Part shown: piece by piece, positions 37,301 to 50,225 of the stretch
Layout: every line of letters starts with the position of its first letter
Numbering within the stretch: the stretch's first letter is position 1
Assembly (NCBI GenBank): GCA_040285855.1
Contig: JAUFOQ010000016.1
Location: forward strand, 310,001-374,000
DNA length: 64,000 nt
DNA from: Eukaryota sp. GEM-RC1
Lineage: Eukaryota
Direction: 5' to 3'
Position numbers and translations under genes: made by a program
The notes under the pieces: generated by a model
Seen by the model: the letters and a program-made list of their open reading frames with translations, nothing else
Database searches by the model: none
What the model was told of the DNA's origin: nothing

Positions 37301-39266
37301 AGTGATTGTATCAGTCTTTCGACACCCAGCATTTGCTCTTCTTGGCTATTCAACACGTGAACTGGTACATTTTCAAAGGATTCTTCTTCAAGAACAGTAA
37401 CAGCTAACGACATTTGTTGGCCAATGTCACTAAGTACAAATTGAGGGTCTACCAACAGAGACTCAGTTACACCTCTTAAATTTAGTGACACTTCAAAACC
37501 ATTACCACTTGTGGTCACAGTCAAAGAAACTCCATCAAAGAAATCGAAAGAGTCCAGAAAGTTGGTAAGATATAGAGTTAAAGCTGCTAGGAGAAAGTTT
37601 TCATCATCAAGGTCATGGCTTTCAATACCAACAAAGGACTGTTGTCCCAAGGACATTATTAAGCTAGCCAGTTTCCCTTCATCATTAGTAGTGAATGTAG
37701 CATTAATCATTAAAGATTGTCTAGTCCAAGGTCGATTGACTACCTGTAAAACATACATTTGTCGAGTAGAGGAATATTGAAGGAGATCAATTCTAAATCC
37801 ACGGAATTCCAACAGAATATCTTCAATAACATGACGAAGAGCAGATAGAGTCAATTCAGAATCTTTTGGGTCAAACACTGGAATATTGGAATAATGACCA
37901 CTAGATAACTGATCACCTACAGCTTTAGAACCAATGTGATCGGCAATAATGAGTCCAACAATTACCAAAAGCAAGGCAGACAAACAATAGACTAGTGTAA
38001 GTGTAAATCATTGCATACATATGAGTTTATATGGAATGGGTTTAACGACTGCGGGTGGTTCAGGTCTGAGGGTGGGTACAACTTTGTGGTCTTCAAGGGC
38101 TATATCAAAGTTCGGAAACAGTGGTGGTAAGGAGAGATCGAGATATAAGTCACCGGAGTCAACTAGAGGAGCAGATGGCATAAGACCACCATTAGCAGTA
38201 CAGAATTCATCAATGGCCTCAAATATTTGGGATTTAACATCACCAATGGAAGGACGTCTCTGAGCATGAGGATCAAGCATTCCTGCAATCAAGGACAGTA
38301 TCTTACCATGAAGGCCGGCATCACGAAGGCTACTGATGGTTCTAGTGCGGAAGTTTGGAATAACTCTTTGAGGATCACAATTCAGAATTAAACCTGTTAT
38401 AAGCACCCCAATCGAATATATATCACTTGCAAGAGATGCTTTGACATTTGAGTTGCGAATAAGCTCAGGAGGAAGGTAAGTCTCGGTCCCAATGCCTCTA
38501 GCTTTGATGGTTGCAGTCAACGTAGTTTGGGAAGGAAGATGGAGCTCTAAATCAGCAAGTTTTGCACACAGAATGTGGGATTCATCCTCTAAAAGCAGAA
38601 CATTTCCTGAAATGAGTCATGAGAAGAGATCATACCACTAGATATATCTCGATGAACGATGCCTTCGCTATGAAGGGCATACAGTCCATTGAGGACGCTC
38701 TTTACTATCCGTTTGATCTCATTTTGGTTGAACATGTCTGCAGTGTCGAACTTGTCCTGCACAGAACAAGTCATTTCTTCCATAACGAGACCAGGGGGAG
38801 AAAGTGTCACTCCAAACACTCTAACGATGTTCTCCGGAAACTCAAGTTGTTGAAGAAGGGAGTACTGACTCTTGAGGCTTTTGGCAATGGTACTAGATTC
38901 ACAAGTAGCACGGGGCTGCTTCCAAACAACATCGTTGTCTTGGTATGAGGCTTTGAAGAGGTCACAATTGGGATGTCTACGGATCTCTACCAAATTTAGA
39001 AGCTCGTTCGGCTCGATAATGTTTGGGGTGTCGAGCTCGTCAATGAGTTGCTGCAGAACTATGTTTGGATACAACTCATTGCGCTTGGCCGCACTGTTAC
39101 ACGTAGGACACTGACTTGACCGTAAAAGCAAGGTTTGAACACACGATCTACAAAAGGAATGTCCACATGGCAGCGATACAGGATTTTGAAGTACACCACG
39201 ATGAAGAGTGCACACAATTGACGATAACTTAGACATTGAGAGAAAATCATGCCTTCTTGATTCTGT
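34325..39266. repeat. Segmental duplication, copy A part 1 (direct repeat of 56569-61499)
   Basis: High nucleotide identity; weaker homology extends left (~33870-34020 vs ~52990-53098 plus 54581-54625). Confidence 0.95.
34847..39236 (-). CDS. RING - kinase - TM - stalk repeats - RCC1 receptor-like protein, copy A (possibly pseudogenised); introns 38607-38635 and 37992-38018
   Basis: Same introns as copy B; single-base loss in a C-run at ~35485, compensating indels at ~36190-36205, TGG>TAG at 34931-34933, hAT end 30 bp upstream of the ATG. Confidence 0.8.
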
Positions 39267-40154
39267 AGGGCTGTCAAAAAGACTTCTGGTTGTCCATTTC
39301 ACTTCCATTTCCACCACATTTCTTGAAATCAGTTCCATTTCTATTTCCACTTCCACATTCCTGTTCTTCTTTAACAGTTGTGTTTCTGGATATGATTCTC
39401 TCTCTAAGAGTGTTCCTTACGGGTACATTCGGCATAAGAGAAAGAGATTCAGTGCAAGTTAGCAAATCAATGAATGAGTCCGATTCTACAATGTTTAGTG
39501 AAACGTTATTCAAGACAAAGAAGTGAGTAAGTCTGTCGTCGAACGAGGGGTTGATTTCTTAATGCCAAGAAGTTCAGTAATAGGAGCAGTTCTTTGAGGA
39601 TTTCCTTCTAACCATCCGTTGTGATAGTTATCTAGATGTAACTTTAATCTAGAAGTAGTAACCCGAGATTTATTAGACGGTTTTCCGTCAACATAAGGAC
39701 AAAGAGAGCAAGTTGCTACCTTACCTTGATTGGAAGGGGTAAAGTGCTTCCAAACAGCAGAGGTTTTTTTCTTTAAAGTCGACGGGGATAGTACATTAGC
39801 AGAAGAGGGTTGGTCGAAGTCACTATCATAAACATCAATCGGTGATGACATTCTCATTGTACTTTGGTTAGGAAAAGAAACTACAATGTAATGGGTTATC
39901 AAAATCCATTTCTACGGATTCTTAACATTCTTAATATGTAGAGTAGTTTTAATTATCAACTCGTTTATATACAATACAATATACATTGTAGTTCTACTTT
40001 CATTTTCATATTATATTTCCGTTTCATTTCCGTTTCCATATCATATTTCCGTTTCATTTCCATTTCCATATTCTCAAGAAATTCCGTCTATTTCCACTTC
40101 CAGATGGAAATGGAAGTGAGGAGTGTTGAATTTCATTTCACTTTGCCAAGTTTA
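39266..40154 (-). mobile_element. hAT element fragment with BED zinc finger
   Basis: SAVWKHF..ATCSLC..TSRLKLHLDNYH (ORF 39510-39902); TAGGGCTGTCAA end at 39266; GGAAAT subterminal repeats. Confidence 0.8.
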
Positions 40155-40816
40155 TCAATTTCTCCCAACTCCCATCTCCCATGACCTTTGGGAGTGGGAG
40201 CTCGATATTGGGAGGTGGGAACTCCCAAATACTCCCATCTCCCATTTGCAGACACAACTCTAACTTCAATTTTAAGACAGAAACAAGCTAGCTAGACAAA
40301 TACAGTTATAATTTTTCTAGAATATTAATAGGACTAGGTGTATTACATTTTTACTATCATTGTTTTGTTTTGCTATATGTATTTTCATTTTATAAAGAGT
40401 GTGGTTGATTATCTGTAAATTTCAACTTATGTCATCGCTTGATTTATCTGAAGATCCGGAAATCTCTGGTCTGTTTGATCACCCTGATGTTATCGAATTT
40501 GTTTCCTCTCTTTCAGATTCAAAATTCTAAAAAGAACCACGATAAGAAATGATATGTTGAATGTTTATGATTTATTTAAAGGATAATTGATAGATAAAAT
40601 CAAAAATGTGTGTAGTTCTGCTGAAGTATCTTTTGCGATTGATGAGTGGACATAGAATACAAACACACATTTTATTGGGGTAACAGTTTAAAGTATTGAG
40701 GACTGGAATTTAAACACATACAATGTACGTTCTCGGTTTTAAGCATTTAGAAGAAAACCACACTGCCAATGCTGTGGAAGAAATTATTACTAAATTTGGT
40801 TTAAAATACAAAATGT
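39957..40816. repeat. ~860-bp direct repeat (copy 1) made of two hAT ends plus a hAT transposase remnant
   Basis: Nearly identical to 49296-50160; encodes SFAIDEWT..GVTV..WNLNT..HTAN. Confidence 0.9.
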
Positions 40817-40827
40817 TGTGTTTCAAC

Positions 40828-41818
40828 CATACTTGGAAAATACACCGGCCAAAAATTAATACAAATACAAATACAAAAATACAATACAATGCATGTGTAT
40901 TATTGTATTTGTATTTTTGTATTCTCGAACCCTAACAACTTCTTGATTTACTAGTAAGGTAAGTATATACTAGTAGTACAATAAATGTTCTAGTTCTATG
41001 ATTAAAGTTAATTCGCTTTTCTAGATTTCTTGTGAGAGGTGGTTATTTTAGATCTTATTGGTTTGCCAACTGAAGGACCAATACAATCATAAATCAATGT
41101 AAAATCATAGATTCATCAATTTCATCAATTAAGCTTGCTTCTTCTTCTGAGGAAACTGTTACATGTTCCTGTTCCGGTTTTTCGACAACTTCAATTTCAA
41201 CATCATCGGATCTTGTGTACATCATACTGTCCATCTCTGGTAACAAATCATCATTTGACATTTTTACTTCGTTTTCAATCAGTATAGCATTAACTTGACA
41301 TAACTTTTCTGCCCACTTATCGGCTTGATAGTGACTCTCTCTTGTGTCAGTTTTAAGAACTTGTCCTGCTTGTAAAAAATGAAGCCACAACCTCAACACC
41401 AGACATCCATATTTGTAGAATTGGTCATGTTGGTGATTTTGACCATTATCCTTATTACCTTGTTGCTGTTAACAATGTTGGTATGAAAATTTACAGGAGG
41501 TTTTAGTTTCGGAGATTCCTGATAGTGAGAGGAAGATGTAGAACTCATTGTGGAAATGTACTTACCGAAATTCAAAAATGTTTTATCTCCCCACAGTAGG
41601 AGTTTGAACTGGATTATCTTGATTCACGCAGCAATCGATGGATCAAGAACTGACTCTTTTGTAAGTTGTACATGCTCTAAAGGGCCAAAGGTCGTGTTTC
41701 ATTTTTAGACTTTAGAAGAAATACAGAAAATACAGATATATGGTGAAAAAAAATACAAATACAATTACAAAAAATACAAAATACAAAAAAATACACGTAT
41801 TTGTATTTTTCAAGTATG
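40828..41818. mobile_element. hAT-type non-autonomous element with non-matching flanks
   Basis: TIRs CATACTTGGAAAATAC / GTATTTTTCAAGTATG; AATAC subterminal repeats; flanks GTTTCAAC vs GTTAAGAG. Confidence 0.8.
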
Positions 41819-42470
41819 GTTAAGAGTGAGATTTGGGAGATTCAAAACTGATTGAAACTTCAATTCCTAAACACGAACCCGAATTGGTTTAGTCATCACT
41901 GAAAACTGCTGTTGATGGTGATTCTGTCAATCCTTCATATGCTTTAATACACTATTTTTTTGTAAAGGATTATTACCATTGTCTTCACTTGCCACATGTT
42001 CCCCTAAATGGTGTCACACTTTATAATTAACCAAAGGATGTAGACTTCTGAATTTGGTGAAGTGTCTCAATTGAGGCAAAATTTCGTCAAGTCAAATCCA
42101 AACCCTGCCATTCAAAAATTATCAGAAACACCAATTTCAAATTCTCTAAATGATTCATTTAAAACGAAATAGAGATGATGTGAATAGTCATTTATCACAA
42201 CGATGTCACAAACACAAAAGAATAACTTACTTGGTGCTACTTTCCTGTAGGAAACTTTCAGGAAGTAGTAGCAATTTGTGTTCCTCAAGTTCTTTAAAAG
42301 TTGTTCTAATAGTCATTTCAGCAACATCAGTAACTTGATGAACTTGAGTGAGTGTCTGGCTTAAGTTATAAGCCTGACACACAAATAAATAGCGGCAGCT
42401 GCTAGAGTAGACGGCTGCCTATTAACAGCAATTTTCATCTGAGAGCATTGCGATATAACATGGCCAGCAG
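41819..42470. repeat. Segmental duplication, copy A part 2 (direct repeat of 63359-64000)
   Basis: Near-identical sequence including the 3' end of TFIIB. Confidence 0.95.
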
Positions 42471-43210
42471 TGGCTGTGTGTTTCTGACTCATTCGCAGTT
42501 GATTGCAGAAACGAGGAATAAGGTCTTTGCAAGAACTCTCCTCCTGTTGTCCAGATCAGCCACTTTTTGAACATGCTTAACACAACGCCCAATTTCGAAA
42601 GATGACAATGTACAAAAGCTAGCAAGCTCGCGGTAACTCCGACTGACGTTATGTTCAGCAAACGAATGGTAGAAGCAAGCAATGTGAATTCCTTCCAAAG
42701 GACGCCCTCGTAAGCTCACTTGAGATTTAACTTTGTGAAAGATGTCGAGGGCACGGCCTTTTATACTTTCACTACATCCCATTAAGGTTCCCAAACGATT
42801 GAATTCAGTCTGAGCACGCGTCAAAGCTCTGTAATCTGAAGATTGGCCGGCTAAATGAAACATTCTCGTGGAGGGATCGTTACCTTCACCAATGTTCGTA
42901 GACAGTGTACCTGTTCCGAACATAGAATTGGTGGGGCCTCCGACACGAGAAGCCTCATCCCCGTGAGAGTCTGAGAACGTCCTCCATTCTGAATGTGTAT
43001 CAATTAGTCCGCGTTCAGCAACCAAACCGCAGCGTTTACAAACAACATTTCCTTGACGGTGGTCTGCTGTTAGTATCTCTGAAACAAAAAGAACAAAAAG
43101 CTATGAAACACTTAAATCATACCATGTATCAACATAGCATCAGGAGTTCGACACTCGCGACAGCTAGGAGTCTTATACAAAGGTCTTTCATCCGTTCTTG
43201 CTAAGGCCAT
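42227..43210 (-). CDS. TFIIB: Transcription initiation factor IIB, copy A; intron 43064-43122; frameshifts at ~42545 and ~42385
   Basis: Spliced zinc ribbon CREC..IHDHRQGNVVCKRCG, EWRTF..RVG B-reader, GRPLEGIHIAC and RQPSTLAAAAI cyclin folds; intron has TACTAAC next to the 3' AG. Confidence 0.93.
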
Positions 43211-43271
43211 GGAACGAAGAAAACCTCAACTTTTCACTTTTCCCCTTGATGATACAACATTGACCTCACCT

Positions 43272-45190
43272 ATGACTGTTTCTGCCTCTCTTAATGACAC
43301 AATATATGTTACAAACGTCACTCTGCTAAACTTTCGCTGCCATGATCATCTCTCTATGGACTTTCGCCCTGGGGTTACCATCATAACTGGCAGGAATGGC
43401 TCAGGAAAATCTTCCGTTCTCAATGCTCTGACTCTTCTCTTCGGTGCTGTCGAACAACGTCACGGTGCTCGCACTGTCCTCTCAGATTACATCAACTCTT
43501 CTGACGCAAATCATTCCGCCAAAGTCTCTGTCACCATTAACATCCCTTCCCATCATCCTCTCCATAGACAGTCTCCTCTTCTGCACATTTCTCGTAGCAT
43601 CACTCCTTCTGGAGGTGGGACTCATACACTTACTTGTGGAAAACAGACTGTTCTCAAAAGAAGGCTGAAATCTGCCAGTTTCTTGCTGAAAACTTCGACA
43701 TTAACTTTTCTTCTCCTCTGCAAATCCTCTCTCAAGATGACATGAAGATCTTTGGTACAATGGACCCTCGAAAGCTCTTTCGTTTCGTCTTTGAAAGTGC
43801 CCAGTTTGATAAGACCGAAGAGATCATTCAGAACTCCATTGCATTCCTCTCTCGATATCCTTCAGTTGTTAACACGGTTATGAGAGACATTAAGTTGAAG
43901 GAGGAGAATGTAAGTAAGCTGAAAGATCAGTTGGAGTGTGCTAAAAGTCTGGATCATAATAGAAATATGAAAAACCAATTAATGTTTAAAATTTCTGTTT
44001 GTGATTTAAGAAGAGTTATGAAAGTTTTTGATGGCAAAGGGATTTATTCTATAGCTTACAAGAAGAAATTGACAAGATGGAATCGGATATTCCTGAATTA
44101 GATGTCAGACTTAGAAGTGAATTAACTGCTGCTAGACAAATCAAATCTGATTTAACGGACGAGAAGAACTCTACTTTTATGGAAATTGCTTCTTTCAAAT
44201 CAGAAAATGTTAACCTCGAGCATCTTCTTCGTTCTCATTTGGAAAAATTAGATCTTTTAAAAGCCAACAGTACCAGGAAAAACGACCAGTGTGAGCACAT
44301 AATATCTGAACTTCAACAGCTCATGGTTGATGATTTTGAGGAGATTTCAAGAGAAAAGAATCAGCAACTAGAAGAGCTCACTGCAGAACGTGATAGACAG
44401 AAAACCCTCATCAGTGAGAGACATCGTGAGATTGAAGAATGTCGACAGTTAATTAGCTCAAAAGATGCTGAATTCAAGGCCAAAAGAGAACGTGTGCAAA
44501 ACATCAGTACAGAAATCAATCGACTATCAACCAAAAAGGATTCCTTATCATCTTCAGTTCCAGTAATTCAACAAGAAATAGCCTCTTTAACTGGTCAAGT
44601 TAGCTCTCAAGTCTACTTAGATGTTAATGATGTTTGGCCTCACCCTGCTGATCAAAGACAAACTGCTCTGAGATTTCTTCAGAAGTCAACACGAGGGAAT
44701 GTTCAGACAGCTGAACGGTTTCTGCAAGATTTAGATCAAATGAAGGCTCAAAAGAGGTTCCGCCAACCAGTATTTGGTCCTTTAGGATGTTTCTTTGAAG
44801 CTGATCGCCACTACGTCGGACCAGTAAGTCACTATATGGGTAGGTTTGCCATGAGATTTCTTACCACCAACAGTCAGGATCTTGCTTTATTAAAGAAATT
44901 GATGATGTCATCATTTGGTCGTAACCGTCCTGATATTATCTGTTTCCCTTACAAAGGTGAACCACCTATAACACCACCAGAACGTGATTACCTTATTCTT
45001 TCTGAACAAGATGTGGGTATTTCTAGAGTTTGTGATGCTGTCAGGTTCGTGTACTTTGATCAACTGCATCAACTTCCTCAATTAATTTCCGTCTACAATC
45101 AATATATCGAGTTTGGAGTGACTGCCACATCAGTTGCCATGAATGAGGACGCTCTTGATCGTTTCGTCGCTCGAACTAAACGACTAAGCT
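43272..45190 (+). pseudogene. SMC6: SMC6-like (SMC5/6 family) gene, N-terminal half only
   Basis: NFRCHDHL, Walker A GRNGSGKS, LSQD, coiled coil, hinge PVFGPLG; runs into gypsy sequence with no C-terminal head domain. Confidence 0.8.
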
Positions 45191-45534
45191 CTCGGCTTCT
45201 TCAGCGAATCCAGCTGATGTTAGTTCATTAAAAATTTTGTTGGCTATAGCCAGTCGATCAGGGTTGATGCGACGGGGGTTTGTTCACGATTACGTTCTCG
45301 TCATGATATTCTAAACTCATTGGAGGGGCATCTATTCCTTCAGGATGAGGGGGACCGAAGGCTTCTTCATGTTCGTTTAGGAGTTCCAGCAGCTTTTCTT
45401 CGGATTGTCTTGGGAGCTCAATGCGGCATTCTTTAAATGAAACTTCCTTGGTACGATGGTTTTCTTGGGCCTTCAGGGTTCTAGGGGGAGATTGGATCAA
45501 ATGATCAAAGTCGTCTTCAGCAGTTAATAGAGTA

Positions 45535-47385
45535 CAGTATCCTCTCTATATCTTCTCGCTGTATATCTTCTCACTCTCTATAAATTCTCGTTTTTTCAAT
45601 TCCCTAAGTCATTTGGTTATCTAACTTCTCGCTTTATATCTTCTCGCTTTTTATGAGTCAAACTGTACAACAACGGAAACAAAAACCCGTAGAAATCGGT
45701 GTCAAACAGTCAGCACTACTCATTCAGTATGCTGACAAGTATCCACACTTAAAAAATACCGCTCTAGCCCTGTGGGCCAAAGAAACCTTCAATCTTCCTA
45801 CACCTCCTCACCGAACAACTATAGGAAATATACTCAAACGACGTGCCCAAATTCTTGAACAAGCAATTACACTGGAAAAGAACTTAAGACCATCGGCAAA
45901 AGGACACGAACAGTAAAATATCCTGAACTAGATGCAGCTCTTGCTTTGTTTGTGGAAATGAACTCGTCACTGATGACAATCACTGAAGACGTCATTCTGG
46001 CTGAAGCTGAGAAGTTGTATGAAACGCTAGAGATCCCGTTAGAAGGGCATTTAAAACATGGTGACGGTTGGTTTGAATCCTTTAAGCAGAGACATGGCAT
46101 TAAGGTTCTCACTCCTCATGGCCAAGCTGGATCTGTTGATGAAAGGGCTGTGGAAGAATATAGACAGTCTCTTCGGGATTTGTTGCAGCAATATGAAAGC
46201 AGAAACATATGGAATCTAGATGAAGCTGGGCTTTATTGGAGAAAAAACGCATCTACAAGAACACACACTACTCAAAATTCGATTTCTGGATTCAAGGACT
46301 CAAAACAACGAATTACATTAGTGTTCTGTACAAATGCAGCAGGAACGGAAAAGATGCCCCTTGGTATCATAAATAATTCTCTAAAACCAAGAGGAATGAA
46401 GACTAACACGGCAACTTCTTTAAACTTAATTTGGTATGCCAACAAGAAAGCTTGGATGACATCATCCATATTTACCGACTACTGCAAGCGTTTAAGTGAC
46501 AAAATGAAGCAGGAAGACAGAGAAATTTTGCTTTTAATTGACAATGCTCCCTCTCACATATTACAAGAAGAATTGTCCAACATCAGAATCGAATTCTTGC
46601 TTAAAAATGCCACTTCGCACATACAACCTTTGGATGCTGGAATAATAGCAGCTTATAAGAGATATTATTCCAAACAGTTTTTACGAAGATTACTTCCTAT
46701 TGTAGTTGGAGAACGAGTGACTCAAGATGAGGCTCAAAAGAGGATCAAAATTGTGGATAATCTTCCGCTCATAGCCTCGAGTTGGACAATGGTAACACAG
46801 CAATGTATCGCGAATTGCTGGGGAAAGGTAGGTCTCACAAATGACAACCTAAACGAAGCTGAAGAAGCTGCAGTCTCGGATGAGCGTGATTTCGCATTAC
46901 TGAGAGAGTTCGATATGACGGAAGCAGAGTTTGAGCTTATGGTAAATGAAGATTATGAGACGCTGACAGAAGGGATACTTTCAGTTGAAGAATGCTTGGA
47001 ACAGGTTACGGACAATAATCAGGAGATTTATGACAATCATGAAGAAGATCTACAACCACAGGCTGAAGTCACTAGAACAGAAGCATATAATGCTCTTAGA
47101 GCTTTGCAATCCTATGTTTCTGCCAACTTTCACTCAAAACACGCCTCGTTATACACTTTGGATGAAGTTGAACGTGAGTTGGAGGAATTAAGAGTTGGAG
47201 AATTGAGGCAAAGAACTTTGATGCACTTTTTACACTCTACAAACGAATCACATGTGATTGATATTGAGTAGACTCAATAAACATATGTTTTATTTGGGTT
47301 TTTAACATAATTGTATAACTTCTCGCTTTCTATATCTTCTCGGTTTTTGTGTTCCCAAAGGCGAGAAGATATAGAGAGGATACTG
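45535..47385 (+). mobile_element. Full-length pogo/Tigger-like DNA transposon (1851 bp)
   Basis: Perfect 25-bp TIRs CAGTATCCTCTCTATATCTTCTCGC with TA TSD; TATATCTTCTCG subterminal repeats. Confidence 0.97.
45653..47271 (+). CDS. pogo/CENP-B-like DDE transposase (one frameshift at ~45870)
   Basis: HTH regions, GWFESFKQRHGI, WNLDEAGL, LLIDNAPSH, IQPLDAGII. Confidence 0.92.
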
Positions 47386-49295
47386 TATTTCGTTTGTCGT
47401 TGATTCTGATGTTAAGTCCATCAGCAGTTAGTAATCCAAGGCATTTCAGTACATCACAGCCTATGAGGAGTTGTTTTTTGCCAGATAAAACGGGACGTTT
47501 GACTTCTAAGTGGACACGTTTAGGGGATTCGTTACCCATTAAGAGGGATAGTTCGGTATGGTACCTACCTTGGCTCTTCACAATTCGGCCATCGACAACT
47601 TCGAATTCATTAACTTTGGAATGATCGAGATATCCGACGTTTTCGTCAATCAAATCAGCGGTGATGCAGGACTTGATACAACCTGTATCAATCAATCCAC
47701 GAACCTTGCGGGTGCCGACTAAAACGTCTAGTTCCAGAAGAGGGGAAGCAGCAGTGGCTTTGAAAAGTCCTCTGGCGGAGGTTCTGACAAAGTTAGGGGT
47801 ATCAGAGTCTGAATCAGAAATGAAGGAACTAATATGAGGCTTTGGGACATTAGCTGGTTGGGAAGCTTTAGCAGTTGACTTTTGACGAGTGTTATGAGTT
47901 TTAAAGTGAGTAGGGTTTCTGGGGTTTTTGCCTTTCTGGTAATTAGAGTTGTTGGAAGTTTTAGAGGAAGGAGATCGACATTCGCTAGCATAGTGACCTA
48001 TCTTATTGCAATTAAAGCAAGTGATAGTACTTTTGTCGGGGGTACGAGGAGAGCGTGGTTCAGATCGAGGGGTACTGAATCTCGTTGAAGGAGCGGGGGA
48101 AGAGTAGTTAGATCGAGAGTTGGAAGGAGAGGATCGAGATCCTGGTGAGTTACGAGGATTAGAGAATCGTTGGAAGGAACGTCTCTGGTTAGTGTTTCGG
48201 TTGGAAAAGGGTTCAGCGGCTTTAAGTCGAGAAGAATGTTCGAGATGAACGGTCAAGAGTTGATGAGTTTCTTGAATAAGTTGTGGTAAAGAGTGGATTT
48301 GTTTAAAGTCTACGGCTTTCTTGAGAGTGGAGGAGATTGAATCGGGTTTGAGATTTTTGAGGAATTCTAGCATAAGTTGTTTCTGAGGGATGTCGAGTTC
48401 AGAGAGTCTTCTACAAGTCTTAGAGAACGAGGCAATGTAGTCGAATAAGCGACTGAAAGGATCACGGATGGAATGATTCATGGATGAAGATGAAAGAAGG
48501 CGGACAGCATGTTCTAAGGTCTTGACTTTAGTTAGGTCAAGGAGGAAGTTCCATAAAGTAAATTGGTTTGTTAGAGAGTGAGGAGAAATGAGATGGATGG
48601 AATTCATAACATCGCGGGATACAAAGACGTGGAAATCGTCTGGAGGAGTCAGAGTTTCTTCAAATGGCGAAGGAATAGTGGCGGCGGTTGCTCCGGTCAC
48701 GTTTTCTTCGGCTTCAGCAGTAATGGCGGAGCGAGCACTTTCTAATTGTTCTTTCAGTTCTGGTGAGAGGTTCAGTTCTAACAGAGAGTCAAGGGAACCG
48801 ATGGTAGGTTCAGAGGTAGCAGTGGAGGTTCTTGGTACCGTGTAAATATAGCTTCCGAGGAGTGAGTTATCGGAGTCTTCCTTAGTAATGGCATAAGCGG
48901 CCATGTCATCTATCCAGCATAAAATGTGTTCGGCGTCCAAAGTCTTAAGAAGGGGTACTTTGGTTCTAATTCCTTTTCTTCCGAGGGAGGAATTCAGCAA
49001 GGCGACGTTACGGTCGGATGTTCTTGCTTCTTCGAGGTCTGTATCCGAGGCGTAGTTTAGCGAACGGAGAGACAGAGGAGCGGCGGCAACTTCTGGGCGG
49101 CGGCTCGAATAAAGGTTCGGATGAGAGGAGGCATGGCAGCAGTCCTCGTCATCTACGGTGACATGAATATGATCACAATAATTATTGTTGACTATACCGT
49201 CAAATGGGGCACTAGTATCAGAGAAAATATAAGACATAGGTTTATGAGACGGAGATAAGTAAAATCTATAAGGTAAAATATAAAAATAAACAACA

Positions 49296-50160
49296 CAACT
49301 CGTTTATATACAATACAATATACATTGTAGTTCTACTTTCATTTTCATATTATATTTCCGTTTCATTTCCATTTCCATATTATATTTCCGTTTCATTTCC
49401 ATTTCCATATTCTCAAGAAATTCCGTCTATTTCCACTTCCAGATGGAAATGGAAGTGGAGAAATGTTGAATTTCATTTCACTTTGCCAAGTCTATCAATT
49501 TCTCCCAACTCCCATCTCCCATGACCTTTGGGAGTGGGAGTGGAGCTCATTGTTGGGAGGTGGGAACTCCCAAATACTCCCATCTCCCATTTGCAGACAC
49601 AACTCTAACTTCAATTTTAAGACAGAAACAAGCTAGCTAGACAAATACAGTTATAATTTTTCTAGAATATTAATAGGACTAGGTGTATTACATTTTTACT
49701 ATCATTGTTTTGTTTTGCTATATGTATTTTCATTTTATAAAGAGTGTGGTTGATTATCTGTAAATTTCAACTTATGTCATCGCTTGATTTATCTGAAGAT
49801 CCTGAAATCTCTGGTCTGTGGAAGCATCCTGATGTTATCGAATTTGTTTCCTCTCTTTCAGATTCAAAATTCTAAAAAGAACCACGATAAGAAATGATAT
49901 GTTGAATGTTTATGATGTATTTAAAGGGTAATTGATAGATAAAATCAAAAATGTGTGTAATTCTGCTGAAGTATCTTTTGCGATTGATGAGTGGACATAG
50001 AATACAAACACACATTTTATTGGGGTAACAGTTCAAAGTATTGAGGACTGGAATTTAAACACATACAATGTACGTTCTCGGTTTTAAGCATTTAAAAGAA
50101 AACCACACTGCCAATGCTGTGGAAGAAATTATTACTGAATTTGGTTTAAAATACAAATGT
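49296..50160. repeat. ~860-bp direct repeat (copy 2)
   Basis: Nearly identical to 39957-40816. Confidence 0.9.
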
Positions 50161-50225
50161 AAGTATATAATAGCTAATAGCAATCATAAACTATCTTAAT
50201 TTCACTCCATACTCTATACTCTCGT

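Larger units (their letters stand above)
45188..49295 (-). mobile_element. Truncated Ty3/gypsy LTR retrotransposon (gag-protease and start of RT), interrupted by a pogo element
   Basis: ORF from 49237 has CFNCNKIGHYASEC knuckle and LIDTG protease; resumes at 45534 (..LLNEHEEAFG..PRRINP..IFNELTSAGF); no LTR or PBS found. Confidence 0.85.

Noticed and set aside
39237..39356. N-terminal extension MEVEIEMELIS.. of receptor copy A
   Set aside because: Mostly read-through from hAT subterminal repeats; absent in copy B
40000..40260. CRISPR-like or telomeric arrays (TTTCCATAT, CTCCCA repeats)
   Set aside because: No repeat-spacer periodicity; these are hAT subterminal repeats
7762..44100. Programmed ribosomal frameshifting in several genes
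   Set aside because: Many breaks sit in homopolymer runs in otherwise conserved genes, better explained by sequencing indels or decay
39957..50160. The two ~860-bp direct repeats as LTRs of the gypsy element
   Set aside because: No TG..CA ends, PBS or PPT; they consist of hAT ends and transposase remnants, and they enclose host genes
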